Virus record (IMG/VR): IMGVR_UViG_3300027782_000044
Coordinates: 52,501-116,500 of that record
Length of the DNA: 64,000 nucleotides
Strand: one strand, 5' to 3'
Origin: a virus
The position numbers were made by a program, and so were the translations under genes. The notes beneath the pieces were generated by a model. It saw only the letters and a list, made by a program, of their open reading frames with translations. It searched no databases and was not told the DNA's origin. Shown here piece by piece: positions 9,653 through 20,444 of the stretch; the first letter of the stretch is position 1; each line of letters starts with the position of its first letter.

Positions 9653-11587
9653 CTATGCGCTAATATCTACCAATTCACAATTTCCATCAGAGCTGCAAGC
9701 AAGAGTAGCATTTGTTGAAGTTCCATCTTCTGTTTCATAAAAAGATAAATCCTCCCAACGAATTTCTTTTGGCATTTTTGCAACAAGGATCTCGTACTCT
9801 GCTTTGGTCACTTCTTGGTAAGGGGCTTGCTTATAAGAGTGATCTGAATGTGGAAGGAATGAAATTCCAGACACTTCATCAAAATGCTTATATACCCAAG
9901 CACCAACTTCCATCCACTCATCTTCCTTTACAGAAACTGTGATTGATGGCTTATGCTCACACCATGCACGTTGGTAAACTAACCAAATATTTAAATGCTC
10001 AATAGCAGTTAAATCATTTCTAACAATTGCTCCTTCTGGTGCTTTTACTGGGAAAGAAAAAACATACGTTTCATTTGGCTTCATCACATCATCTTCTACT
10101 GGAATTCCAACTTCTTTAAGAAATACAGAAATAGGATCTCCCTTTGAACCACGAACAGTTCTAATATAATATGGGGAATGCCACGCATGCATACCAGAAG
10201 ATACTCCAACTAGTTGAGACACGGTTCCAGATGGTTTTACGCATGTAATGGCTGCAGATTCTGGAATTCCAATTTTTCCTGCTTCTTTTTTATTTGTTTC
10301 TCTTGCTGATTCACGAAGATTCATCAAAAAAGCTTCAAGGGAAACTAGGTCTTCTTTCCCTGACATAAACTTGTTTCCAAATTGTCCAGTCAGAGAAACT
10401 CCAAGTAATCTTTCTTCTTCTGTATTATCTTTCCATATCTTTCTAAGATATTTAAAATCAGTAAGCGTAGATTGCCATGTGCCAAGAATTGTAGCTAGTT
10501 CTACTTTGCGTTCAATATCTTTCTTTGTATCACCTTCACGTAATACGACTTCTGAAAGATTACAAAACTGGTAAGGACGTAAAATAATTTCTGAACACGG
10601 GTTAGTGCCATAGTGTATATCTGGATCTCTTCTTCCATATTTGGCTGCTTGGGCTTGAGCTGCGGCCACATTATATATACCTCGTTCTCCCGACTTTGAG
10701 TCATATAGAGATTTCCATTCTGCAATAAATTGCTCCATATCTGGCTTGCGTGAGTATGCAACAGAATTATTAGACAATGCTCTCTGAGGGCTTTGCTCCC
10801 ACCAGTTTCCTGATTTAGCCTGTGCCATTTCAATATCGTTAATGTTAGAAAGAGAAATCATTGCTGAGCGACGAACTCCTCCTACAACAACTACTTCACC
10901 AATCTTGCACATAATATCATGGCATTCAATTGGCTTAAGGTTTCTTCCTGCGGCATTTTTAAATTTTGCAATTGTAAAATCAAACAAGTTAACCAAGGGC
11001 TGTGGACCAGATGATCTTCCGCCCATTGTCTTAAGTCTTGCGCCTGCAGGACGAACCTTAGAAACATCTATTGCTGGAATCTGACCAGACCAAAGAAGGG
11101 CTAGCAACTCACGATACGCTTTTGCCCATCCTTGCTTTGAATCTTCTACAATAATAACTGTAGTTGATTTTTCTAAAGATTCTGGGACGGCAGGAAGTTT
11201 ATTAATATACTTGTATTCAACAGAAAACCCTACACCCGTTCCACACATAAGGATATACATTGTTTCATCAAATGAACGTGGTGAGTCAACTGGCAAAAAA
11301 GCACAATTGTATCCTGCAACATTATCTCGTTCTAGTGCTGCTCCTGAAGTCATTACGGAGCGCATTGAGGGCATGACATTTCTTTTAAATACACCGTCTT
11401 TTAATTCCGCTACAAGCTTCTCAGTTGGAATGTAATTGTGGTTTTGCTTTAGGTGATTCAGCATATAGTCAAAATATCTATCTACTGTTTCACCCCACGT
11501 TTCACGACGGTTCTCTTCTGGAATCCATCTAGCGTAACGCGATAACGCAATAAAATTTTCGTAAGGGTTTGCAATAGTATTTGACAT
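9653..11587 (-). CDS. nrdJ: Adenosylcobalamin-dependent (class II) ribonucleotide reductase
   Basis: GYNCAF, CGTGVGFSVE, VVVGGVRRSA, TNPCSEI (thiyl Cys), TCVKPSGTVSQL and C-terminal CSSDGNC. Confidence 0.95.
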   Translation of the reverse strand: MSNTIANPYENFIALSRYARWIPEENRRETWGETVDRYFDYMLNHLKQNHNYIPTEKLVAELKDGVFKRNVMPSMRSVMTSGAALERDNVAGYNCAFLPVDSPRSFDETMYILMCGTGVGFSVEYKYINKLPAVPESLEKSTTVIIVEDSKQGWAKAYRELLALLWSGQIPAIDVSKVRPAGARLKTMGGRSSGPQPLVNLFDFTIAKFKNAAGRNLKPIECHDIMCKIGEVVVVGGVRRSAMISLSNINDIEMAQAKSGNWWEQSPQRALSNNSVAYSRKPDMEQFIAEWKSLYDSKSGERGIYNVAAAQAQAAKYGRRDPDIHYGTNPCSEIILRPYQFCNLSEVVLREGDTKKDIERKVELATILGTWQSTLTDFKYLRKIWKDNTEEERLLGVSLTGQFGNKFMSGKEDLVSLEAFLMNLRESARETNKKEAGKIGIPESAAITCVKPSGTVSQLVGVSSGMHAWHSPYYIRTVRGSKGDPISVFLKEVGIPVEDDVMKPNETYVFSFPVKAPEGAIVRNDLTAIEHLNIWLVYQRAWCEHKPSITVSVKEDEWMEVGAWVYKHFDEVSGISFLPHSDHSYKQAPYQEVTKAEYEILVAKMPKEIRWEDLSFYETEDGTSTNATLACSSDGNCELVDISA

Positions 11588-11742
11588 TTATAGTACCTGT
11601 TTCTCCGCCTAGCGGTCTAATTTAATTTAAGTAGAGTCCTATTCTACCAAACTTTTTTACGCATGGGAAGAGCATTAAATTAAAAGTAAAGAAAATAGCT
11701 TTATTATTAGTTAACTAAAACAAATATAACATGACCTCTAGG

Positions 11743-11772
11743 TTGACAGATTAAACTTTTTAATGGTATTCT
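11743..11772 (+). promoter_or_regulatory. Sigma-A type promoter
   Basis: TTGACA-N18-TATTCT with an extended TGG, upstream of the transglycosylase. Confidence 0.6.
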
Positions 11773-11790
11773 TAGAGTTCGTTATCTCTA

Positions 11791-12366
11791 TTGGAGGAAA
11801 TGCCTATGGAGAATATAAAAGAAAAGCTTAGCGATGTTTTACATCACTATGTTGCAATAGCAGTAGCTGTATTGTTTTTATTTACTGGTCAACCAGAAAT
11901 GATTCAATCAGCATCTGCACTGGTTGTAAAACCAGATGTAAAAACCGAAGCACAACTTGACAAGGAAACGCTGAAGCAATTCAGTAATACTGTGTGGAAA
12001 CCATCTGAGTCTTTAACAGATAAAGAATTGGTTGAACTTCTCAAAGCTGTAGGCTTTGAGGGTAGCGCCCTTAAAATGGCGTGGGCCGTAGCTAAAAAGG
12101 AGTCTAATGGACGCCCAATGGCTTATAACGGCAACATAAAAACTGGAGACAGCTCTTATGGAATTTTTCAGATTAACATGTTGGGAAACCTAGGTGATAA
12201 TCGTAAAGAAAAGTTCAAACTGGACAGTAACTATTCGTTATTTGATCCAGCAATCAACGCAGAGATAACGTATTATATGACCAATGGCGGTCAAGATTGG
12301 TCGTCATGGAAAGGTTTAACTCCTCAAACAAAAGAGTGGCTAAACAAATTTCCATCTAGAAGTTAG
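11791..12366 (+). CDS. Secreted lytic transglycosylase (SLT/lysozyme-like)
   Basis: N-terminal TM segment; AWAVAKKES (catalytic Glu), SYGIFQIN and WSSW motifs. Confidence 0.85.
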   Translation: MEEMPMENIKEKLSDVLHHYVAIAVAVLFLFTGQPEMIQSASALVVKPDVKTEAQLDKETLKQFSNTVWKPSESLTDKELVELLKAVGFEGSALKMAWAVAKKESNGRPMAYNGNIKTGDSSYGIFQINMLGNLGDNRKEKFKLDSNYSLFDPAINAEITYYMTNGGQDWSSWKGLTPQTKEWLNKFPSRS

Positions 12367-12390
12367 AAAGGATTTACTATTAAGATACAA

Positions 12391-12600
12391 TTGGTATCTG
12401 AATATCTGAGCCTTTCAAGAGAAGGTCTTGTTTCAGAAATGGCTTGTCCATTAGATCAAGGCCTTCTCTTTTCTAACACAGACAACGAAGATAAAATTTT
12501 TATTTATTGTGTTTCTTGTAAATACAAAAGCTATGTCGGTACAGCCCTTTATAGCAAAATGGTGAAAGAAATAAAAAATGCAAATAGAAAGCAAGTTTAA
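12391..12600 (+). CDS. Small zinc-ribbon protein
   Basis: CPLD...CVSC. Confidence 0.55.
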   Translation: MVSEYLSLSREGLVSEMACPLDQGLLFSNTDNEDKIFIYCVSCKYKSYVGTALYSKMVKEIKNANRKQV

Positions 12601-12772
12601 TAAGGACTTGGTTTTAGATATGTCTTCTAATATACCATGTGCACATATACCTAGGGCATTTCTTGCTGAAAAAGCATTAAATGTCATACAATCATATTTA
12701 GAGCTAGCTAAAGTTCGAGGCTTAAATACAATTGACGAAGTGCTTGAAGATATAAAAGTAAAAAATGACTGA
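12578..12772 (+). CDS. Hypothetical protein
   Basis: Overlapping start/stop with neighbouring genes. Confidence 0.55.
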   Translation: MQIESKFNKDLVLDMSSNIPCAHIPRAFLAEKALNVIQSYLELAKVRGLNTIDEVLEDIKVKND

Positions 12773-12968
12773 AACTAATTCTAGCAACCTAGAAGACAAT
12801 CTGCCTATGGTAAATTATATAATGCTTCATAGAATATATGACGTATTATGCCTGATAGCCAAGCAAGGTGGGGATGTAAAAGAAATAGAGAAAATGGTAG
12901 AATATCATAAAGAAGGATTCTTGCTGGGACCTTCCCCAGCATTTATTTCTGAGGAGAATAATGGATAG
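12765..12968 (+). CDS. Hypothetical protein
   Basis: Translationally coupled ORF. Confidence 0.6.
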   Translation: MTETNSSNLEDNLPMVNYIMLHRIYDVLCLIAKQGGDVKEIEKMVEYHKEGFLLGPSPAFISEENNG

Positions 12969-13146
12969 AGAAGAAATAATCAACCTCATGACTGAGGTTT
13001 TTAGCGAAACAAATAAGAGCATGGCTCTAGCAAGCGGTATGGAAGAGGCTGAAGTAGATAAGTTTATTGAGCAAAGCACTCCTTCTATTAATCATGCATT
13101 GACTGCTGTATACGATGTGCTTCTTGAAAAAGAACTCGTAAAATAG
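12961..13146 (+). CDS. Hypothetical protein
   Basis: GAGGAG RBS; coupled ORF. Confidence 0.6.
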   Translation: MDREEIINLMTEVFSETNKSMALASGMEEAEVDKFIEQSTPSINHALTAVYDVLLEKELVK

Positions 13147-13219
13147 TATTGCTTTGTCAAAAAAAATATACTACAATATAAGTGTGTAATATTAATTACA
13201 CTATGCGGATATAACGCAA

Positions 13220-13260
13220 CAAAAACCCTAAAGGATCCGCCTCCTTTGGGGTTTTTTGTT
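13220..13260 (+). terminator. Intrinsic terminator-like hairpin in the leader of the methyltransferase
   Basis: AAAAACCCTAAAGGA-TCCGCC-TCCTTTGGGGTTTTTT. Confidence 0.6.
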
Positions 13261-13271
13261 TAAGGAGCAAA

Positions 13272-13904
13272 ATGGACTCGTATTTAAGCAGATGGACTGA
13301 AGACCAAGATTTTGTAAAACTACATAATGATTTTAATTTAATATGTAACATACAAAATTCTATGGACAATGCCCAGTACGGAAGAATATATATACTTAGG
13401 CAATTAGCAAGACATCAATCTGTAGTAAACCCTGATTTAAATTTTGCTGAGTCTGGTGTATACGCTGGAATGACAATGTTTTTTACCGCCGAGTTCTGTA
13501 ATAAATCTTTTATAGGCATTGATTCTTGGGAAGGTGTTTCTGAGCCAGGAGAATTCGATACAGAATATTTTAAAACAGTAAAGTTAAAATCTGAAATGGC
13601 GTGGGCAAAAAACAACCTATCTAGATACAAAAATATAGAATTAAAAAAAGGCTGGATACCAGAAGTATTTAAAGACATAGAAGATAAGCAATACTCATTT
13701 GTACATGTAGATGTAGACCTATATGAACCAACAAAAGAATCTATAGAGTACTTTTGGCCTAAAATAGTTTCTGGTGGGGTATTAATATGTGATGACTACG
13801 GATCTTATAAAACAGAAGGATCTAGGAAAGCTGTAAAAGATGCTTTTGAAAACCACAATATACTTGAGTTGCCGACTGGCCAGGCTATTATGTGGAAGAA
13901 ATGA
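13272..13904 (+). CDS. TylF/MycF-family O-methyltransferase
   Basis: ESGVYAG, GIDSWEG, KGWIPE, FVHVDVDLYEPT and GGVLICDDYG motifs. Confidence 0.9.
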   Translation: MDSYLSRWTEDQDFVKLHNDFNLICNIQNSMDNAQYGRIYILRQLARHQSVVNPDLNFAESGVYAGMTMFFTAEFCNKSFIGIDSWEGVSEPGEFDTEYFKTVKLKSEMAWAKNNLSRYKNIELKKGWIPEVFKDIEDKQYSFVHVDVDLYEPTKESIEYFWPKIVSGGVLICDDYGSYKTEGSRKAVKDAFENHNILELPTGQAIMWKK

Positions 13905-13916
13905 TACAATAATACT

Positions 13917-14567
13917 ATGACTACTTGGATGAAAAAAGAATTTGAAGATAGTGGATATTCTGTAGAGTGCCCTATTGATGGGCTTCTAGTTGTTAAAAAT
14001 TTTATAACACCAGAAGAAATTGAAGAATATAAATCTATTATTGCAAATATTACGGAAGAGCAATGGGATGAGTGGTATACAAGCCAATTAAAAGTTTTTA
14101 CAAAACAAAAATTTGGAAGAGAAGATGTTGAAAATTTAGTCAAAGAAGGTTTGTATGAAATAACATCAAACTGGAATGACAAAAACTATTCATTTATCAA
14201 CGCAGAAATTCATAGAAGAATAGATAAAAGATTTAATGATGTTCTTGAAAAAACAGATGAAGGACTAATATTGAGTGGATTTTATTTCTTTCAAAGAATG
14301 TACGACGGTGTTCAGCTAGTATCCCATCATGATCAAAACACAGATGAATCAATTAAGCATGCTGCAGTAATATATATAAATGACGATTATAATGGTGGAG
14401 AAATTTTTTGGGCTAAAAAGAATTTTGAAATGAAACCAGCCCCTGGAGATCTTTTACTATTTGGTGGAGATCCAGAGTGGGAACACGGAGTAAGGTTTGT
14501 AACGGAAGGACCTATGAGATATGTCCTTCCAGGATTTATAAAGATACCTAACTTTTATAAGCCTTAA
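13917..14567 (+). CDS. 2OG-Fe(II) oxygenase (prolyl 4-hydroxylase-like)
   Basis: HHD...YINDDYNGGEI...HGV..V..G.RY. Confidence 0.85.
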   Translation: MTTWMKKEFEDSGYSVECPIDGLLVVKNFITPEEIEEYKSIIANITEEQWDEWYTSQLKVFTKQKFGREDVENLVKEGLYEITSNWNDKNYSFINAEIHRRIDKRFNDVLEKTDEGLILSGFYFFQRMYDGVQLVSHHDQNTDESIKHAAVIYINDDYNGGEIFWAKKNFEMKPAPGDLLLFGGDPEWEHGVRFVTEGPMRYVLPGFIKIPNFYKP

Positions 14568-14570
14568 TTT

Positions 14571-15125
14571 TTATGAAAAAGTAACACACAAAATAAGAGA
14601 GTCTTCTTCTCCAAAATTAGATAGCTCTTCGCTACAAGGATTTGTAAGTATACAATATGATTCATTTGCACTGAAAGTTTTTTCTTCAACAAGGCTTGTC
14701 TTTAAGCTTCCGTCAAATACAATATACATCTTGTACCGCTCTTCGGCATCGTCTTCTACTTCTGATCCATAAAAAACATTATTTGTATATGTAAATGGCT
14801 CAGAATTAGAATAAGCAATTGTATAATACTTACTTACTGTTGGGAAAGAACCATTTTGTGTTTCAAAAAGCTCTGCTAGCTTTGTTCTAATTCCAACAAA
14901 AATAGGTTTTACTAAAAATCTTGAATGATAATAAACAGTTTTTGTTATATTGCCATCAACATCGACAAATTTTTCATCATCTGCTGCAGTTGCTAGCCAT
15001 TCTTTAAGAGCAATTATATCTTCTTCTGGAATACTCATAAAAAAAATATTCTCTTTAACTTTAGGCTCAAGGCCTGTGATTTCTGGCTCTTCTCCAGCGT
15101 GAGTTACATCATCAAGTATTCCCAT
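14571..15125 (-). CDS. Hypothetical protein
   Basis: Likely start at ATG 15125 (MGILDD), coupled to the upstream stop. Confidence 0.6.
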   Translation of the reverse strand: MGILDDVTHAGEEPEITGLEPKVKENIFFMSIPEEDIIALKEWLATAADDEKFVDVDGNITKTVYYHSRFLVKPIFVGIRTKLAELFETQNGSFPTVSKYYTIAYSNSEPFTYTNNVFYGSEVEDDAEERYKMYIVFDGSLKTSLVEEKTFSANESYCILTNPCSEELSNFGEEDSLILCVTFS

Positions 15126-15418
15126 TACTTTGCAGCCTTCCAAGCTTCAAGATCTGACATATCAGATTCTGTTCCAAAGTTTGATACTAGGTATTCTTCC
15201 GATTCTTCCAACTTTAAATTGGCTGTATCAGTAGTCAATTCATCGTAATTTTGATCTTCTTGATACTTGAGTGTCAACTTGCCATCTTTTGTTGCTTCAA
15301 CAATGTCTTCATCAGATAGTGATGGGTTTGCTGCTTTAAATTCTTTAACTAGAAAAAGGTCAAACTTATTCCAGATAGCCTCTACTCTTTCAGAGTCAAT
15401 TGTACTAAAAAATGCCAT
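15125..15418 (-). CDS. Hypothetical protein
   Basis: AAGGAG RBS and TATAAT upstream on the minus strand. Confidence 0.7.
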   Translation of the reverse strand: MAFFSTIDSERVEAIWNKFDLFLVKEFKAANPSLSDEDIVEATKDGKLTLKYQEDQNYDELTTDTANLKLEESEEYLVSNFGTESDMSDLEAWKAAK

Positions 15419-15701
15419 GGTGTATCTCCTTTAATTTTTAAGAATAAGTATATTATACCCTACATATTCTACAGATTCAATGTCATAAAAAGTGCGGCGA
15501 AAAGTGAGCCGAAAATTAGAGACCATCATTTTCACTTTCCTGTATTTTCCTCAACATCTCTATATATGCCAGTGCATCTTCCTCAGATGGCCCCTTTATA
15601 TATTCCTGTACAGGTACACCTGCCCATAGAATAAAAAGGAGGGCGGAAAGAGGAACATCATAAGCTAGCATATAGGTATTATACTCCCAATTTAATCCAA
15701 G

Positions 15702-15776
15702 TAGGCCTATTGGGATTTGAACCCAAAGTCGATTGCATATAAGACAATTGCTTTAACCAGATTAAGCTATAGGCCC
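15702..15776 (-). tRNA. tRNA-Ile (anticodon UAU)
   Basis: GGGCCTA/TAGGCCT acceptor stem, D-arm, ATTGT-CTTATAT-GCAAT anticodon arm and GGTTCAAATCC T-arm. Confidence 0.85.
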
Positions 15777-16496
15777 TTATATTAGCCTATTATCTGATAT
15801 ATGATACCAAGGATAAAAGTCATTGCAGTTACTATGGCTATAGCCAAAAGAAGTTTCACTGTTCTATCCCCGTTTTTTTAAAAATTGAATCTAGGACTTG
15901 ATCCATAGAATCATCTATCGTTCTAGTATGTTGCTTTGTACAGCTTCCACATTCTCTACACATATCTATCACCTATTTGTCTTATATTCTTTATCTTGTT
16001 TTATAGATTTTATCTGGGGATATTAGATTTTAGGAAAGCCCCCCTACCCCCCAAATTTTTTCTTTTTGGAAAGATAGAGAAAGCAATTCCTGGAACATAT
16101 ATCCACAGATGTTATCTGGTACATATTGAGTTTCAGGGTAAGCCCCCCACAAAGCAAACTAAGTGTAGCATTTTACTTTTACCAAAGTCAATAGCTTATA
16201 TAACAGCTATGTTGATCAAGTAGTATCTTACCATATTCCCCGCCATATATTCTAGTTGACTGCTTTTTCAGATTTCACAAAATGTTAATATATTTTTTAC
16301 ATGTATGATACACAATCTAGGCAAAACGGACATTTGGGATAGTGCGCCCATAGTTAAGCGTTTTTGTGATGTATCTCACGCAATTATTTTGTGATGTGCC
16401 TCACAATGTCCGAATTATACGCATTTTGGATTAGACATTTGTCAGACCCCCATGCTATGCTTAAGGTATAACAAACAAACGAAAGGTAATCATCTA

Positions 16497-16643
16497 ATGA
16501 ATACACTAGAACGAATTAGAAAAGAACAACAAGAGCGTTATGCGATACAGCGTGAGAAAGATAAGGCTAAAATTGAGGCTATGTTTTCTAACAATTCCCG
16601 CCCATTAAATAACGCTTACCTACTAGCAAAAGAGGAGAACTAG
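16497..16643 (+). CDS. Small early protein (first gene of the plus-strand block)
   Basis: Promoter 16440, GAAAGG RBS, ATG 16497. Confidence 0.6.
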   Translation: MNTLERIRKEQQERYAIQREKDKAKIEAMFSNNSRPLNNAYLLAKEEN

Positions 16644-16864
16644 TGTGACGAAGGTCACATAAATACTTTTGCGACACACCCGACAATGTCCCCAAAATGT
16701 CAGACCCCCATGCTACACTTACAACATAACAACAACGAAAGGTCACAATAAATGACACTAGATGAATACAAGCAAATGGTAGAGGCTCAACGCCTTGCCT
16801 CCCTATCAGTAGCCCTAGAGGCGCTAACTAAGTCAGACGCTATTGCTAAGGAGATGAATAAATA

Positions 16865-17047
16865 ATGTCATACGCATACTCATACGAAACTAACTCAGTA
16901 TCTAAATGGGATACTATCCAATCAGATGTCGCAGACGCATACGCATACCTTGATGAGGTAGATGAGGAACAACCTCCACTAGATGATTTTGATGACTCAG
17001 ATGATGAGGCACTAGCAAAACTATTCGCACTAACATGGGAGAACTAA
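16865..17047 (+). CDS. Small acidic early protein
   Basis: GGAG RBS; very D/E-rich. Confidence 0.65.
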   Translation: MSYAYSYETNSVSKWDTIQSDVADAYAYLDEVDEEQPPLDDFDDSDDEALAKLFALTWEN

Positions 17048-18084
17048 TAATGATGTACCCTAACGATACACTAGCAAACATGGCTAAAGATTTTGGCTAT
17101 GATGTAACACCTAACTTTCTTGAACTACTAAACAAGGCTTATGAACTAGGCGTGGAGGATACTTACTAATGATTAACGCTTTTGAGAATTTACTATCTAT
17201 CGAACTAAACGAATACGGACTATGCGTTGATACAGCATGGTTTTACATAGCGTTAGATTATCGCTTTTTAACTACCGCCCTGCTAGTAACTATTGCCTAT
17301 AAGATTTATAAAAGAAAGAAGAATAAGTAATGAATAGACTACTTACCACACTAGTACAGTTAGCCCTTATCATCCCCGCCCTTATCATGGGGCGCATGAT
17401 GTGGCGTGAGATCGTAGCGAACTTTAGAGAGTGGGCTAACTCACACTAGCCTAACGGCGTGTCGGCTTGACAATGTCAAGCTGGCCCGCAAGTACTTGCG
17501 GGAGTTATCCACAGGGTTACGTACGACTGTGGAAAACCCCAGGATTTATGTGAGATTAATCACAAAAAATAGTTTTGCGACACGCCCGAGAAACACCTCA
17601 AAATGTCAGACCCCCCTGCTATAATTGCGGTATAACGAAAAGAAAGGTGGTCTAAAATGACTACACTAGAAATGACCAAGTGCCTAGAGCACACCCCTAA
17701 TAAGCCTGCTATCTCAGATGTAGGAGATGAGCAATTCACCTTCTGTGAGAATTGTGAGCAAAACATCTCACGCTATTATGGTGACCATGACCCTGAGCGT
17801 TTGCCTATGTGGACAGATTGGTATTTAACTAAATGAGTATCTTTACTAAGTTTGCTACTGTAAGCGATTACCCTAAAGGCTTAATGAACCTATGCCCATG
17901 CGGGCAGGTAGTGTTAGCCCCTGCCCTATACCATGCGGGGCAACCCCATTGGGATAACCCTAATAAGTGTAAAGAATTGTGGGCTATCTCACAAAAAGAA
18001 ATTACCAACACGCCCTCTAAATAAGGCAAAATGTCAGTACCCTCTGCTATAATTCCATTATCAACAAAACGAAAGGCGGTCAAA

Positions 18085-18264
18085 ATGACTGTACTAATCT
18101 CATCAGAGGTTCTAGAGAATAGAGCCCTCTCTATCTCAGAGCCTCAATTCTATCGTGTGGCTACTACCTCACTAATTGCTTGCTCTATCTGTGCGGATAA
18201 CTACCTAGAGGTATTCTCTAAAGATGCCGACTTTACTAAATTTACATGTGAGGGGTGCTGGTAA
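18085..18264 (+). CDS. Small Cys-rich (zinc ribbon) early protein
   Basis: CSIC...CEGC; the real start follows the GAAAGG RBS. Confidence 0.6.
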   Translation: MTVLISSEVLENRALSISEPQFYRVATTSLIACSICADNYLEVFSKDADFTKFTCEGCW

Positions 18265-18414
18265 TGAATAAAGATGAAAAGATTGCTAAGATTACCGAAA
18301 TGGCAAAAGCACAATTTGGAGACAACTACCTTGCTTGCTTATGGGGATCATCTCGCGTTTTATTATCAGATAAAGATTTAAACATTATTATAAAAGTATT
18401 GGAGAATAAATAAA

Positions 18415-18612
18415 ATGGGAAAAACACAATTCGAAAAAGATTTAGAAATTAAAGAAAGTTTTATAGATTTACTAAATGATGTTTACCCTGATGTAAAAAT
18501 TGGTTACTCTACTTTTACAGCCGCCGAAATTTTGGAATGTTGCGACCCAATCGCTTTTTCAATCGGACTAATTGAACATGAAGATTATTTAGCAGAAATG
18601 GAAAACGAATAA
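18415..18612 (+). CDS. Hypothetical early protein
   Basis: GGAG RBS; LNDVYP..ILECCDPIAF. Confidence 0.65.
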   Translation: MGKTQFEKDLEIKESFIDLLNDVYPDVKIGYSTFTAAEILECCDPIAFSIGLIEHEDYLAEMENE

Positions 18613-19088
18613 TGAAAGAAACAGAAATTAAAAATAAGTGTACCTGTGACGAACACGATTGTGAAATTAAAGATGACTATACGCAAAATGGTTATATGTG
18701 CGAAGATTGTTTTATGGATTGCGTAGAAATGGAAAACGAATGAGCGACATTTTTGGATTTGAAAAAGCAATTCAATTAGATCATCTTAGCGATGAGCAGA
18801 TTTTAAAGCTTGAAGAAATTTTTAAAGATTTCGAATAAGTAACGGCGTGTCGGCTTGACAAAAGCTGATCCGCCCGCAAAAGAGCGGGGTCGGGCGTGTC
18901 GTTACGGGTGTGATCAAAATTACCCAGGTTTTACGGCGTGTCGATTTGACAGACAAAACGGACATTTTTGTGTGAGGTTTATCACATGGCTTGAGCGTCT
19001 CAAAATGTGGAATTACTCGCTAGTAATGTGAAAATGTCAGTGCGATAGGCTATAATTGCTACTATCAACAAACGAAAGGTGACAACTA

Positions 19089-19298
19089 ATGTCAGCAAAA
19101 CCATACACAATCGTAAGCCTCTTAGAGGGAAAATACTATCGCTCACACTCACGCCATGATGAAGGCGTTATCCAATACGCAACGCCTCGCCCTGAAATTT
19201 GGTACGGCTCAGGCTTTGAGGCTTATGCTATCGAGGTTCGCTCAACTCGTGGAATTAAAAACTTTTGGGCAACTGTCGCGGTAAAGGTTGGTGACTAA
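19089..19298 (+). CDS. Hypothetical early protein
   Basis: Directly after promoter 19035 and the GAAAGG RBS. Confidence 0.7.
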   Translation: MSAKPYTIVSLLEGKYYRSHSRHDEGVIQYATPRPEIWYGSGFEAYAIEVRSTRGIKNFWATVAVKVGD

Positions 19299-19607
19299 TG
19301 ATTAAAGAATACTTAGATGAAAACGAATTTTATTTTATTAAAGACCAAATAAAAATTCATTGTGACGAGCAACAATTTGTCCATGTCTGTAAAGCGCATG
19401 GCGAACAAATGGGTTGCTACTTTTGCGAATTTGACTACGATAAGAAATGCGAGTGTGAAGGATAATGATTAACTCAGTATTAACAATAGATTGCTCAGAG
19501 TGTAACTCAACAGGTTTAATCTTTTTTGGTAGTGGAGAGGATTTTGATGTCGAGTCTTGCGATTGCGTAGATGATGGCTCACTATTCAGAAATGGAGAAA
19601 ATAACTA

Positions 19608-19814
19608 ATGTATAAAATAACTATTGCTTATGACTCAAATACTCCTCATTGGACTAAGCCTTACAATGATGAAATGGAAGCATGGAAAGATTTCTTTTCT
19701 TTTACCGATTGGGGTTTTGCTAATGAATTCTCAACTGTAAATATTTACACGCCAGCAGGCAAATGCTACACAAAAGTTTTTTACCGAGAAGGCAGAAGGG
19801 TCGTAACTAAATAA
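19608..19814 (+). CDS. Hypothetical early protein
   Basis: GGAG RBS; coupled ORF. Confidence 0.6.
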   Translation: MYKITIAYDSNTPHWTKPYNDEMEAWKDFFSFTDWGFANEFSTVNIYTPAGKCYTKVFYREGRRVVTK

Positions 19815-19977
19815 TGGAAATTTTTGAGTTTAATACTTTCATAGATGTAGAAGCAGAGTCGTATGATGAAGCCATAGATGTATTTCAGTTTCAGTTAAAG
19901 TATGGAATAAATAAAGATAATGTTTATGTCGCCGACATAAAACAATTAACCAATAACGAAAGCGTGGAAGTATAAAA

Positions 19978-20169
19978 ATGATGACTCGTAAAGATTATGT
20001 TGCCGTTGCTGAAATTTTAAAGTTTGCTAGTGATAAAGCGCACCCTGCTTTATTTTCTAAAATTGTAAATGATTTCGCAGTTATGTTCGCAAAAGATAAT
20101 GAGCGATTTGATGTAAACCGATTTCATGAAGCGAGTGGCTATCATGTCACAAAACTCACTTCGAGATAA
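19978..20169 (+). CDS. Conserved small phage protein (MTRKDY...NERFD..RF type)
   Basis: MTRKDYVAVA...DNERFDVNRF motif. Confidence 0.65.
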   Translation: MMTRKDYVAVAEILKFASDKAHPALFSKIVNDFAVMFAKDNERFDVNRFHEASGYHVTKLTSR

Positions 20170-20444
20170 AGTTAAACGCATACAGGAATTGCGTCGCAGT
20201 AATGCGGCGCAGCCTGTACGCAATAAGAAAAAATATTTTAGAAAAATAAAACATAAAAATAAATTTGATCAATAGCGCTGCCCGCCCGTAAAGCTGCGGG
20301 GTTATCCACAGGGTTACGGGACTTATCCACAACCCCCTGGATTTTGTGATTAATCTCACAAAAGCTGCGACACGCCGAGAATGGATTAGGTAATGTCAGT
20401 GGCATAGGCTATAATACTCTTATACCAACAACGAAAGGCAATAA

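Noticed and set aside
11588-11790. Cobalamin riboswitch or NrdR box upstream of nrdJ
   Set aside because: The leader is short and AT-rich, with no B12-box or NrdR palindrome recognisable.
15936-16223. 95-aa ORF in the divergent gap
   Set aside because: TTG start, no RBS and low-complexity C-tracts; more likely non-coding terminus-proximal DNA.
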